NCBI GenBank assembly: GCA_963793425.1
Contig: CAWCAG010000005.1
Span: 1,504,001-1,568,000, forward strand
Length of the DNA: 64,000 bases
DNA from: an uncultured cyanobacterium
GTDB taxonomy: Bacteria > Cyanobacteriota > Cyanobacteriia > Cyanobacteriales > CAWCAG01
Direction: 5' to 3'
Shown here piece by piece: positions 1 through 9,464 of the stretch. Numbering within the stretch: position 1 is the first letter of the stretch; the number at the start of each line of letters is the position of its first letter. The position numbers were made by a program, and so were the translations under genes. Below the pieces are notes generated by a model. It made no database searches, had not been told where the DNA came from, and worked only from the letters and a program-made list of their open reading frames with translations.

Positions 1-796
1 CTGAAGAGTCAGATTTCATATCTAAAAGTTGTTCGTAAGCTTGTTTTTCCAGTTCTCTATTATGGGAATCAGTCACAATATGTTCAAATCCATGAGGTAT
101 AAGGTTACGTTTTTCTTCTGCTTCAATCTTCTTCAGTCGGCAGAGAATATTAAAAGCTTCTTCGTTAGCGTAGTATTCTCCTAGCATTTCTGTAGTTACG
201 AACCTAGCCATCCAATCTGTGAAGGAATGGTAGGATGTTTCTAGTAATGGTAGGAGTCGAGTTTTCTGCTCTCCAGAAATAAATTCCCAGTTTCCTGAAT
301 ATAAAAGAGAAAGGAGATGCCATGAGCCGTTTGAGGTTAAAAAACGCTTTTCTTGCAGGAATTGAATAACTAGATTAAAGTACTTATTGGGAAAATAACT
401 TAGTCCGGCAATTGCTGTAGAGATTGCACTAGCACACTCTTCCATTTGCATTTCTTCCCCAGATTCAATTGCTTGCTCAATAGCTTCACCGAGTAATTCG
501 GGAGAAATTTTTTCCAGGGCATCATAGGCAGTGAGAATTACAGAGTCAACTTTCTCTGATTTATGAAAAGATAAATCTTCTCGACTAACCTGGGAAAGCA
601 TGACAAAATACCATCCTCCTCCTAAGTCAAGGAACTTTTGTTGCTTGACAAGACTGGCTAAAAAATCAAGGTCTTCTGAACTAAAGTCAGTTCCTTCTGA
701 CATTAAGTTTCTGAGAGTATAAAAACATTTCCTAAGTTTTTTAGAGTTACCTTCAGTAATAGCTTGCTGAACTGTTATTTTGATTTGTTTGATCAT
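1..796 (-). CDS. Hypothetical alpha-helical protein, candidate immunity protein (3'-truncated by window edge; absent from ORF track)
   Basis: Manual translation from ATG at 796 (AAAGGA just upstream) is open to base 1: MIKQIKITVQQAITEGNSKKLRKCFYTLRN...LDMKSDSS. Starts 53 nt after the stop of the toxin-like gene, same strand. Confidence 0.75.
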   Translation of the reverse strand, partial: MIKQIKITVQQAITEGNSKKLRKCFYTLRNLMSEGTDFSSEDLDFLASLVKQQKFLDLGGGWYFVMLSQVSREDLSFHKSEKVDSVILTAYDALEKISPELLGEAIEQAIESGEEMQMEECASAISTAIAGLSYFPNKYFNLVIQFLQEKRFLTSNGSWHLLSLLYSGNWEFISGEQKTRLLPLLETSYHSFTDWMARFVTTEMLGEYYANEEAFNILCRLKKIEAEEKRNLIPHGFEHIVTDSHNRELEKQAYEQLLDMKSDSS

Positions 797-849
797 CAGT
801 TCCTTTAAAACAATTGAAATTTTTCTTGAAGCTCTCTACTTAGTTGGAT

Positions 850-1953
850 TTAATGAGCTTGTCGCCTATTGTCAATCAAACTTATTCCTAGATAGGCGGC
901 AATTGCGGACAGTGCGGCCCAGCCCCAAGCAGGAAGTGTGACACCAACTCCTATAATGATAGCCGCAGCAGTTATAACTACTCCAGCTTGAACGGCCCAT
1001 GGAGGTAGTCTAAACCAAAGACGAACATCTTCTGACTTAAATGCCTGTCGAATATCTTCAGGTAACTGGCCGCACTTTTTAAGATAATTGCCTTTATGCT
1101 TTTCTAAAGCTCTCCTATGCTCTTCTATCTTACTTCGGTGACCTCTTCTACTCTCTCTGGGTTTTTTGTGGTCATTTGGCGTAGTTTCAGGCAAATTGTG
1201 TTGATCATCTGCTAAAGCCTGTATACGTTCTTTTATTTCTCTTATATGATTACGCATTTTTTTTAAAAGATCTGCACATTCTTTTTCCGTGCCTCTTTCT
1301 TTGTCGTTACTTGACTTGACTACAGAATCTATATCTGTTTCATTAGTCAATTTTTGGGATTGAGAAACCTCTTTAGCGTTTATTAAACTTTGCTCTCCCC
1401 TTTGCCCTGTTTCCTGAACAGCAAAAGAATTAGTCTGTTCTCTTCTTAGCTGCACCATAGGAGTCAACTCCTGTGCATAATCACCTTGGTAAATAAAGCC
1501 ATCTTGCCCTACCCTCTCATTATCATGTAAGAATCCATCTAAAGCTTTACCTTCGGTGACCTCTCCTTGACGCTGCAAAGAAGTTGAAGGTTTTTCCTTT
1601 TCTGCCTCACAAACCTCACACTGACGCATCACACTTGGCCCGACTTCTCCTTGAGAAGAATTAATCTCTTCTACTACTTGGCTAGCGACAGAATCTGCTT
1701 CTTGTTCATACTTATCTCCCGCCTCCCCGACATTTAACTTTGCTTGGACTCCTGGAGGAGAGGTTGAAGAAAAATCAAACATATGGTCGCCCAGACGTTC
1801 AGCATTCTTCCTAGCAATTTCCATCTCTTCTAAGGTTTGCCCCTTTGGTTGTTGCTGTGGCATCCCTGGCTCACGTTTTTGTTGTAGATTGGGATTTTGT
1901 GAAGCTTTAGATGGTTGAAAACTAGGCTTTTTGGTCCGTTTATAACTTCCCAT
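850..1953 (-). CDS. Polymorphic toxin-like protein: DUF4157/eCIS-effector-type N-terminus, basic helical C-terminal domain, hydrophobic tail
   Basis: VQAKLNVGEAGDKYEQEADSVASQVV motif typical of the N-terminus of DUF4157 proteins; AQELTPMVQ resembles a decayed AHELTHVVQ; C-terminal C...D.HNLP...SRRGH...C domain, then a long hydrophobic stretch. Confidence 0.55.
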   Translation of the reverse strand: MGSYKRTKKPSFQPSKASQNPNLQQKREPGMPQQQPKGQTLEEMEIARKNAERLGDHMFDFSSTSPPGVQAKLNVGEAGDKYEQEADSVASQVVEEINSSQGEVGPSVMRQCEVCEAEKEKPSTSLQRQGEVTEGKALDGFLHDNERVGQDGFIYQGDYAQELTPMVQLRREQTNSFAVQETGQRGEQSLINAKEVSQSQKLTNETDIDSVVKSSNDKERGTEKECADLLKKMRNHIREIKERIQALADDQHNLPETTPNDHKKPRESRRGHRSKIEEHRRALEKHKGNYLKKCGQLPEDIRQAFKSEDVRLWFRLPPWAVQAGVVITAAAIIIGVGVTLPAWGWAALSAIAAYLGISLIDNRRQAH

Positions 1954-2101
1954 GATTACCCTTTAGATGGTTAGTGAAATATTGCTCTAGATGTTGAACT
2001 TGGATCTTGATTTGGAGAGATTGTTAATACTTTACCACCTAGAACTAATACTGTTCCGGTGTTCCCCAACACGTAGCGCTATATTTATAGCCTTATTTTT
2101 T

Positions 2102-3088
2102 CTACCTCATATTAGAGAAATGTTGAAAGCCTTGGGAGATGCTTAAAATTTCTGAGGGATAAACTTCATTGCTATCTCTTAACTCAACCTCTTTCCTATC
2201 AGTTATTTCCCCAATAATCGCTGCCCCAGCATCCAACTTACTGAGCAACTCTTCAGCCTTTTGCTTTGGTAAACAAAGTACTAACTCAAAATCTTCACCC
2301 CCATACAAAGCGCAATTTAAAGCCTGTTGAGGCGAAACCAACTTTAATAAAGTTTGGGGATAAGTAATCAGATTACGGTCAAGTTTTGCTCCCACCTGGC
2401 TACAATTACAAATTTGTATCACTGCATCGGCTAAACCATCGCTACTATCCATCCCAGTAACAGGAAATTGTAGCCATGGTAGGATATCTAAGCGAGGCTG
2501 AGGTCTTTGGTGAAAAGCGATTAATTCCTTCTTTTCCTCTTCGGTAAGTTGTTGACCTAACTCTGGATTAAGCAATAGTTCTAACCCTGCTTTTGAGCCA
2601 CCATGAAAACCTGTCACCATGATGACATCTCCTGGTTTAGCGGTATGGCGACGGATAACTTGCTGGGGTGAAACCTGACCTAAAGCAGTGATGGAAATAG
2701 TAGTTACTGAAGAGCGACAAATATCACCACCGAGAATTACTGTTTCATATTCCCTTAAACAACTGCTAATTCCTTCATAAAGCTTTTTCACCCAACTAAC
2801 AGGGACTTCTCCAGGTAAACTCAAACCAACAGTAATACCTAGAGGAGTTGCCCCCATCGCAGCTAAATCCGATAAGTTAGCTGCGGTTGAGCGCCAACCA
2901 ACATCTTCGGCGCTGGTAGTAGAATCGCTAAAATGAACCCCCTCAACCAAGACATCAGTGGTGATGACTACCGATTGATTATCTTTTACTGCTACAACAG
3001 CCCCATCATCGCCAATAATCTCTTGGGGACAGAATTGTTGTAGAAGTTTCAGCAATCGGTGTTCACCAATTTCTTGAACAGTCTCCAC
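2102..3088 (-). CDS. thiL: Thiamine-monophosphate kinase
   Basis: IGDDGAV, TTDVLVEGVHF, NLSDLAAMGA, GGD, DSSDGL, GGEDFEL motifs. Confidence 0.95.
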   Translation of the reverse strand: METVQEIGEHRLLKLLQQFCPQEIIGDDGAVVAVKDNQSVVITTDVLVEGVHFSDSTTSAEDVGWRSTAANLSDLAAMGATPLGITVGLSLPGEVPVSWVKKLYEGISSCLREYETVILGGDICRSSVTTISITALGQVSPQQVIRRHTAKPGDVIMVTGFHGGSKAGLELLLNPELGQQLTEEEKKELIAFHQRPQPRLDILPWLQFPVTGMDSSDGLADAVIQICNCSQVGAKLDRNLITYPQTLLKLVSPQQALNCALYGGEDFELVLCLPKQKAEELLSKLDAGAAIIGEITDRKEVELRDSNEVYPSEILSISQGFQHFSNMR

Positions 3089-3089
3089 T

Positions 3090-4223
3090 TTAGCTTTTAA
3101 CTAGATTATCTAAACCTTCTACTACTTTAGCCGAGATAATTTCATCTCCTGCCCTAAGTTGTTCCAATACTTCTTTCCCTTCTACTGTATAGCCAAAAAC
3201 TGCATAACGACCGTCTAAAAGATTTAAGCCAGCCGGGGCAAGGGCGGGTTCAAATAAGAAAAAGAAAAATTGAGAAGAGCCGCCATTGGGTTCATTACCA
3301 GGGCGTGCCATGCCTAATGCCCCATAAGCAGAAATAGGCAACACAGTTTCTTCGCGATATAAACCAAGTTCTTCTAAAGTATTACCATAGATAGGCTCTA
3401 ATTCACTTCTAATTTTAATTTCTAAAGGAATAGCTCGATATTCTCCTGTTTGAGGATCTATGTAACCTTCTTCTACTCCTTCTGGATCTCCTGTTTGCAG
3501 AATATAATTATCTTCAGCACGGATAAATGGTAAGCCGTTGTAAAAACCTTTTTCGACTAGATCAACAAAATTTCCGGCGGTGACTGGAGAGTTATAACCA
3601 TCTACCACTAAAACTAAGTTCCCTTTATTCGTCTCCATTTCTACGGTGGCACGACCTTTTAGTTGAGGCAAGTTGGCATATTCAGTAGGAACTTCAAAAG
3701 GAAATTCCTCAACCATAAACCGTTCTAAATCAGTTATTTGCGCTAATATTTCTCGCCGCAATGTCCAAACTTCTTCCTTATCCTGTGCATCCACAGCTTC
3801 ACGAAGTTGACTAACTTCATCTTTCATTTGAGCTAGTAAGGATTCTGCTTGGGGTTGATACTGATTAGGAATACTCGCTAAAATTTTGTCGCTACTCCCT
3901 AAATATCGGGAAGCTTCTTTCACATCTCGACTAATAGGACTCCAACGCTTGCCTCGTAACTCATTGGCAATATCTTCTAAACTCTGTTGTAATTTCCTAA
4001 TGGTGTTGTTTTCAATCGGTAAGGCATAGCGCAAAATGGCTGTAGGGTCAGTAATGGCATTGCCTTGGGGCAATCTACTCTGGCGGTAAGAAGTTTCCTC
4101 CTCACCAAAATCCCACCAAGCACCACTTAATCCCACTGACAGACTAATCATAAGGAGTGCAACTATACTGGTTTTAAGCAAACCTTGCCATTGCTTACTT
4201 AAAAAAGTTTCTCTAAGTTTCAT
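3090..4223 (-). CDS. Cyclophilin-type peptidyl-prolyl isomerase (CYP38/TLP40-like)
   Basis: Signal peptide, helical bundle (LRYALPI), cyclophilin domain (PVTAGNFVDLV, QTGDP, GSSQFFFFL, LDGRYAVFGY). Confidence 0.9.
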   Translation of the reverse strand: MKLRETFLSKQWQGLLKTSIVALLMISLSVGLSGAWWDFGEEETSYRQSRLPQGNAITDPTAILRYALPIENNTIRKLQQSLEDIANELRGKRWSPISRDVKEASRYLGSSDKILASIPNQYQPQAESLLAQMKDEVSQLREAVDAQDKEEVWTLRREILAQITDLERFMVEEFPFEVPTEYANLPQLKGRATVEMETNKGNLVLVVDGYNSPVTAGNFVDLVEKGFYNGLPFIRAEDNYILQTGDPEGVEEGYIDPQTGEYRAIPLEIKIRSELEPIYGNTLEELGLYREETVLPISAYGALGMARPGNEPNGGSSQFFFFLFEPALAPAGLNLLDGRYAVFGYTVEGKEVLEQLRAGDEIISAKVVEGLDNLVKS

Positions 4224-4312
4224 AAATCTCTAAGTTATTAATTTAATGCAGATTGACTACCAGTTTTTATCTTCCCATTTGGGGAAGAGTGGGACAAGGG
4301 GAAATAGAAAAG

Positions 4313-5488
4313 TCAAGACTTAGAGAATAAAATACATCCTCCCGTCAGAGCGATAGCCGCAGCCGTATAAAAAACCCAGGTTATGTCTCCAATACCAAGA
4401 ATTGGTCCCAAGAGGATGGGACTAAGAAATTGACCAAAAAAACTGGCTCCGGTTCCTGTGGCGAGGACGCTTCCTTGTAGTTTTTGGGGTGCTAAATTGG
4501 CTAAGGAGTTGTAGATATTGGGAATAACTAATCCTAGCCCCACACCAAAAAAGATCGCTACAAGAAGTAGAGCAAGATAATCTTGAAACAGAGGAATAAT
4601 TGCTAACATTGCTGCCATGAGGGTAAAACCTATCGCAGTAGAGCGATCGCGACCAATTTTTTGAGCAAGGGGTTGAACACCAAAAGCGGAGATTAAAGCC
4701 GCACCAAGTGATTCACAAGCTAGCAACAAGCCATTTAAAGTGGGGGTAGTATTAATGGTTTGTTTGAGGTAAAGGGGCAAATAAATAAACACAGCATACA
4801 TAACTATTGAAGCCAGACATAAACCTACTAAAAGTCGCCAAAAAGCTGGGTGGCGCAATAGCTTCTTGAGAGTGCTACCAACATCAGGTACAGCATGAGT
4901 TTTGCTATGGCTACGGGATTCAGTTGGGGCAATAATCCAAGCTATTAGAAAAGCTAAAGGCAAACCGACTCCATATAAACAAAAAGCCCAGCGCCAGTTC
5001 CATGAGCCTAACCAACCCCCCAGTAAAGGGCAAATAATGCCAGCAATGGTTAAAGTGGCTGTGGCATAACCAATCGCTTGGGAACGTGCTTCCCCTTCAT
5101 ATTCTTGCCCCAACCAACCCAAACTACCAGCAGCAATACCGCCGCTGGCAGCACCTAACAAGGCTCTTGTCGCTAGTAAAGGCCAAAAGTCTGTCATGAA
5201 AGCACCTGCACAGCCGAAAATGCTGTAGAGAGCTAAAGAAGGGATTAACACTTTAGAAGGAGTGAGTTGATCGGTTAATATCCCCAAGGGCAAACAGAAT
5301 AAAGCCAGGGTTAGGCAATGAATACTTACTAAATTCCCCACTAAAATGGGGTTGAGATTTAACTGTTGTGCTAATTCTGGCAAGATTGGTGCTAATACTC
5401 CTCCTGCCATAGTAATCAACGAACCAGCCAGCAAGACTAAAGGCAGTCTTAAATTTTCCTGCCCCATGATTTTGCGATCGCTTAACAT
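4313..5488 (-). CDS. MFS transporter (drug/metabolite exporter-like)
   Basis: About 12 hydrophobic segments; RALLG, PLLGGWL..WNWRWAF motifs; divergent from the Rieske gene. Confidence 0.9.
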   Translation of the reverse strand: MLSDRKIMGQENLRLPLVLLAGSLITMAGGVLAPILPELAQQLNLNPILVGNLVSIHCLTLALFCLPLGILTDQLTPSKVLIPSLALYSIFGCAGAFMTDFWPLLATRALLGAASGGIAAGSLGWLGQEYEGEARSQAIGYATATLTIAGIICPLLGGWLGSWNWRWAFCLYGVGLPLAFLIAWIIAPTESRSHSKTHAVPDVGSTLKKLLRHPAFWRLLVGLCLASIVMYAVFIYLPLYLKQTINTTPTLNGLLLACESLGAALISAFGVQPLAQKIGRDRSTAIGFTLMAAMLAIIPLFQDYLALLLVAIFFGVGLGLVIPNIYNSLANLAPQKLQGSVLATGTGASFFGQFLSPILLGPILGIGDITWVFYTAAAIALTGGCILFSKS

Positions 5489-5582
5489 CTAAGATTCTCG
5501 AAAAAATAAACAGCTAAATATAAAAACAATGATCAAACTTATTTTCTAGTAAAAGCCCTAGATTATCGCTTTTCGCTATATT

Positions 5583-5598
5583 TGTGACAGTTATTACA
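5583..5598. promoter_or_regulatory. Possible CRP/NtcA-family operator in the MFS/Rieske divergent region
   Basis: TGTGA-cagtta-TTACA: one mismatch to TGTGA-N6-TCACA and one to GTA-N8-TAC. Confidence 0.3.
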
Positions 5599-5701
5599 TT
5601 GATGCGGGCCTAAACTTATTGGCTACGATAGTTGCTTGGTCTGGTATTATGCGACTCTAAATAAATTGTCACCAACTATTCTTTAAGATTAGGAGTTACG
5701 C

Positions 5702-6805
5702 ATGAAACTGGCTCCCACCTTACAAAGCCAGAATGTTCAGAATAGAGTCCGTGAAATTGGGATTAACCCCAACTACTGGTATCCTGTGGCTTGGAGTCAC
5801 GAACTTAAAGCCACAGAAATTTTTCGTGCTGTGATTTGGCAACAGGGAATCGCGGTTTATCGTGATGACCAAGGAAAAGTCCATGCCTTAGAAGATGCTT
5901 GTCCCCATAAAGGTGTAGCCCTTCATAATGGGGCTGTCCATGGTAATAACCTTGTTTGCCCCTATCATGGTTGGGAATTTGCTGAAGACGGGAAATGTGT
6001 AAAAATTCCTTACTTGCCCCCAGAACAAAAATTGCCCTGCGCCCAAGCCCGTAGCTATCCAACTTTAGACAAATATGGCATTATTTGGGTTTTTCCTGGG
6101 GAAGCTAGTTTAGCTGCCCAATCTCAGCCCCCAGAAGTGCCAGAGTATAGTGATCCTCAATTAATTGCAATTCCTATACCAGCTCATTTCCAAGCCCATT
6201 TTTCCATCTGTAATGAGAATACTATGGATGTGTTCCATGGTTTCTTGCACCAGGATATACAAGGTTGGTTTGATCCTGTCTTACTTAATTTGCAACAAAG
6301 TTCAGGGGAAGTAGAGGCCGATTATCAAATTTCTTATCGCGGCTTTCTCTCCAAAATTCTCGGACTGAGTAACCAAGCTAATCAAGTTACCACCAAAAAT
6401 ATCTCTATTCGTTATCGTTATCCCCACTACTACAGTTCCTTAGAAGGGGTTTCTTCTATGTATCTAATGCGTTTACCTGTGGGGCCACAAGAAACCCGTT
6501 CCTTTTCCCTATTATTTTTAAAGTTGCCCTTACCTCAATGGCTAATTGCTAAATTCAAACCCTTACTCAGTAAATTTATTTGGCGCTTTTTACTTAAAAA
6601 ATTCCTGCTTCAAGATATTGCCATGATTGAAAGCGAACAAAAAAACTATCTTGCTAATCCCCAAAGAAAATATGTAGAAATAAATCCTGCTATTATTGCT
6701 CTTCAACGGCTAATTATCCGGCAATATGAAAAATTTGTGCAACAATCTAGTCAATCGTCTCCTAATCTCAATGGGAATAGTAATGACTCGGTATCTTTAA
6801 ACTGA
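5702..6805 (+). CDS. Rieske non-heme iron oxygenase (alpha subunit)
   Basis: CPHKG...CPYHGW Rieske motif; ENTMDVFHGFLH mononuclear iron motif; distal Asp in LLQDIAMIE. Confidence 0.9.
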   Translation: MKLAPTLQSQNVQNRVREIGINPNYWYPVAWSHELKATEIFRAVIWQQGIAVYRDDQGKVHALEDACPHKGVALHNGAVHGNNLVCPYHGWEFAEDGKCVKIPYLPPEQKLPCAQARSYPTLDKYGIIWVFPGEASLAAQSQPPEVPEYSDPQLIAIPIPAHFQAHFSICNENTMDVFHGFLHQDIQGWFDPVLLNLQQSSGEVEADYQISYRGFLSKILGLSNQANQVTTKNISIRYRYPHYYSSLEGVSSMYLMRLPVGPQETRSFSLLFLKLPLPQWLIAKFKPLLSKFIWRFLLKKFLLQDIAMIESEQKNYLANPQRKYVEINPAIIALQRLIIRQYEKFVQQSSQSSPNLNGNSNDSVSLN

Positions 6806-6963
6806 GTATAATGCTCAGAAACTTGCTCTTGGGCAAATCAGTCTTAGAGATAGTCATTTGTTAGTTCTTGGATGTAGAGGAGAAATTAGGTGCTAGAACC
6901 CGCAGCATCATTGCAAGCAGAGCCAAGAGGCTATTTAGGAAAAGGTCACCAGGAGTAGAAGAA

Positions 6964-8253
6964 GTGCAAGTTGTCAAAGATTATATGCAAGGCCTCCATG
7001 AAAGTGGGCTTTATCCCGATAAATTTATCTGCCATCACAAAAAAGGTAACTTAGTTGAAATTGAAGAAGAAAAGAGCGGTAAATTAAGGACGGTTTTGAC
7101 CTTCTGTACTAATGATGTTCTGGGTTTAGTACAATCAGAAGCTGTTAGGCAAGCGGCCGTTGATGCCATTTATCAATACGGCACTTCCAATAGTTCTTGT
7201 TCTGTATTGAGTGGTCGTATTGACCTCCACAGACAGCTAGAACAGGAAATTTCTGATTTTAAACATCTACCCCATACCCACCTGTTTCTCAATGCTTGGA
7301 TGGCAATGCAAGCGTTGATGGATGGATTTTGTCATCTGGCTGCTAGGGTTCCTGGTTTTAAACATACCCGCGAAACTCTGATTCTTACCGATGTACTTAA
7401 CCACGGTTGCATCGTTTCTGCTGTAATTAATGCCGGAACTCGTTCTGGTAAGGTATATGGTCATAGCCCCAGGGTTAGGGTTAAGCCCTATCGTCATTGT
7501 GATGTACAAGATTTAGCCCGGAAACTACGTCGCTATGCCCGTCCTGATGATCGTATTTTGGTAGTTTCTGATGCGGTATTTTCTATGGATGGAGATATCG
7601 CCCCCTTACCGGAGATGATTGAGGTTTTAGCTGATTATCCTGGTAGTGTGATTGTCATGGATGAGGCACACGCTAGCGGGGCAATTGGAGCTACGGGAAG
7701 GGGCATTTATGAGCATTTTGGTATCTTACCCCAACAGGTTATCGAAAAAGGGGTAGTACCTTTAATCATGACGACTTTTTCTAAGTTTGCGGCTTCGGCT
7801 GGGGCCGCTATTAGTAGTCATGTTAGTGAATTGATTGATTTGTTAGATGTTTGCCCTACTTCCATTGGTACTATTTCCTTGCCACCACCCACAACAGCAG
7901 CAGCTTTAGCAAGTATTCGTCAAGTCCGTTCCCAACCCCAACTTGTGGCTACCCTCCAGGAAAATACCCGTTACTTGCGATCTCATCTGTTGGAAAATGA
8001 TTTTGCGGCCATCGGAGAAACTAATGTGATTCCTGTCCTCCTGCCAGAAGAATTAAATCCCAAAGAATTTGCCACCCATCTCATGGAAAAACATGGTATT
8101 TGGGTATCTCCCATTTGGTTTATTGCCAAGCCTCGCCTCCGGATCACCGCTAATGCCCTCCATACCCAAGAAGAAATGGATCGTTTAGTAGAAGCTTTAA
8201 TTGCTACTAGAGAAGCGTTGTATAAACCGACAGCTAGAACAATCAGTGCCTAA
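6964..8253 (+). CDS. PLP-dependent alpha-oxoamine synthase family enzyme (serine palmitoyltransferase/BioF-like, divergent)
   Basis: TNDVLGL, DVLNH, FSMDGD, DEAH, TTFSK (PLP lysine), LRIT. Start placed at GTG 6964 with AGGAG at 6951-6955; the track starts at TTG 6868. Confidence 0.85.
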   Translation: MQVVKDYMQGLHESGLYPDKFICHHKKGNLVEIEEEKSGKLRTVLTFCTNDVLGLVQSEAVRQAAVDAIYQYGTSNSSCSVLSGRIDLHRQLEQEISDFKHLPHTHLFLNAWMAMQALMDGFCHLAARVPGFKHTRETLILTDVLNHGCIVSAVINAGTRSGKVYGHSPRVRVKPYRHCDVQDLARKLRRYARPDDRILVVSDAVFSMDGDIAPLPEMIEVLADYPGSVIVMDEAHASGAIGATGRGIYEHFGILPQQVIEKGVVPLIMTTFSKFAASAGAAISSHVSELIDLLDVCPTSIGTISLPPPTTAAALASIRQVRSQPQLVATLQENTRYLRSHLLENDFAAIGETNVIPVLLPEELNPKEFATHLMEKHGIWVSPIWFIAKPRLRITANALHTQEEMDRLVEALIATREALYKPTARTISA

Positions 8254-8265
8254 TAAAAATCCAGG

Positions 8266-9402
8266 ATGAGCGAAACAAATTTCAAAATTAAAGCTGTTGT
8301 TAACCCAGCAGACAGAGAAATGTTCTTAGATGTACCAGCTAGGGTGTATGCAAATGACCCTAACTGGGTTCCTCCTATTCGTAGCCGTATTGCCAAGCAG
8401 TTAGCTTTGTCGGTTAGTAATCCTTTTTTGGAGTATGGCAAATTTCAACAATTTATTGCTTTGAGGGAGGGGAAACCTGTCGGCAGAATTGTTGCGGCTA
8501 TTAACAACCGGTTAATAGAAAAGACAGGGGAATCAATTGGTTTATTTGGTTACTTTGAATGTATTGAAGAATTTCCTATTGCCCAAGGATTATTAGATGT
8601 TGCGGCACAGTGGTTGGGCGATCGCAATATAAACCTACTCAGGGGGCCAATTGATTTATCTACTCACAATAACTGTTTGTGCTTAATTGAAGGGTTTGAT
8701 TCTCCTCCTTTAATCATGACAGCTTATAACCCCGCCTATTACCCCCAGTTTTTTGAACAAGCAGGTTTACATAAAGCCAAGGATGCCTATGCCTACAATA
8801 TGCCTTTAGAACAGTTCGTACCGGAAAAGTACGTCAAGTCCTATCGCATTGCTTGTAAGTCAGGTGTAAACTTCCGCCCTGTTCATACCAAAGGGGCAGA
8901 ATTTGAACAGGATTGCCGTAGTATCTATCAATTATTCACTAAAACTTTTGCTGATAACTGGAGTTCTACCCCCCGTAGCGAGGAAGAATTTTTTGAAGAA
9001 GCAAAGGAGTTACAACCGTTAATAGACCCAGATATTTTTCCAATCGCTGAATATGAAGGGGAAATGGTAGGTTTTCTCATGGCTATACCAGATTATAATA
9101 TTCCCCTCAAACAAGTTAATGGCAAGCTCAATTGGCTTGGTATTCTCAAATTTCTTTGGTATCGTCGTCAAATTGATCAAGCGAGGGTAATTGTTATTTG
9201 TTCTTTACCAGAACATCGTCGTAAGCTAATTCCTCTAGCTTTGATGTATTTGTCTTTGCAGGGGGGCATAAAAAAAGGGAAGCCTTACAAACAAACAGAT
9301 TCATCTTGGGTTTGGGAAGATAATCTTCCTTCTCGCAAGATAATTGAAGCCAGTGGCAGTTATTTATATAAGAAGTATCGTATGTATGAAAAGGAATTAT
9401 AA
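8266..9402 (+). CDS. Double-GNAT protein of the YghO / bacterial ceramide synthase (bCerS) family
   Basis: Y.NDPNWVPP, NPF, GRIVA, GLFGYFECI, LRGP, EGFD.PP.IM..YNP.YY, G..KAKD, F.DNW, IPDYN, SWVWEDN motifs; starts 12 nt after the SPT-like gene. Confidence 0.8.
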   Translation: MSETNFKIKAVVNPADREMFLDVPARVYANDPNWVPPIRSRIAKQLALSVSNPFLEYGKFQQFIALREGKPVGRIVAAINNRLIEKTGESIGLFGYFECIEEFPIAQGLLDVAAQWLGDRNINLLRGPIDLSTHNNCLCLIEGFDSPPLIMTAYNPAYYPQFFEQAGLHKAKDAYAYNMPLEQFVPEKYVKSYRIACKSGVNFRPVHTKGAEFEQDCRSIYQLFTKTFADNWSSTPRSEEEFFEEAKELQPLIDPDIFPIAEYEGEMVGFLMAIPDYNIPLKQVNGKLNWLGILKFLWYRRQIDQARVIVICSLPEHRRKLIPLALMYLSLQGGIKKGKPYKQTDSSWVWEDNLPSRKIIEASGSYLYKKYRMYEKEL

Positions 9403-9426
9403 GCTAAAACGCCTTTATTGATACCA

Positions 9427-9458
9427 AATGTTTAATGTTTAATGTTTAATGATCAATG
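9427..9458. repeat. Heptameric STRR tract (AATGTTT)3 plus degenerate copies
   Basis: Read directly. Confidence 0.8.
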
Positions 9459-9464
9459 AGATAA

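Noticed and set aside
6964..8253. Calling the PLP enzyme bioF
   Set aside because: Motifs diverge from BioF, no biotin genes nearby, and it is coupled to a bCerS-like GNAT.
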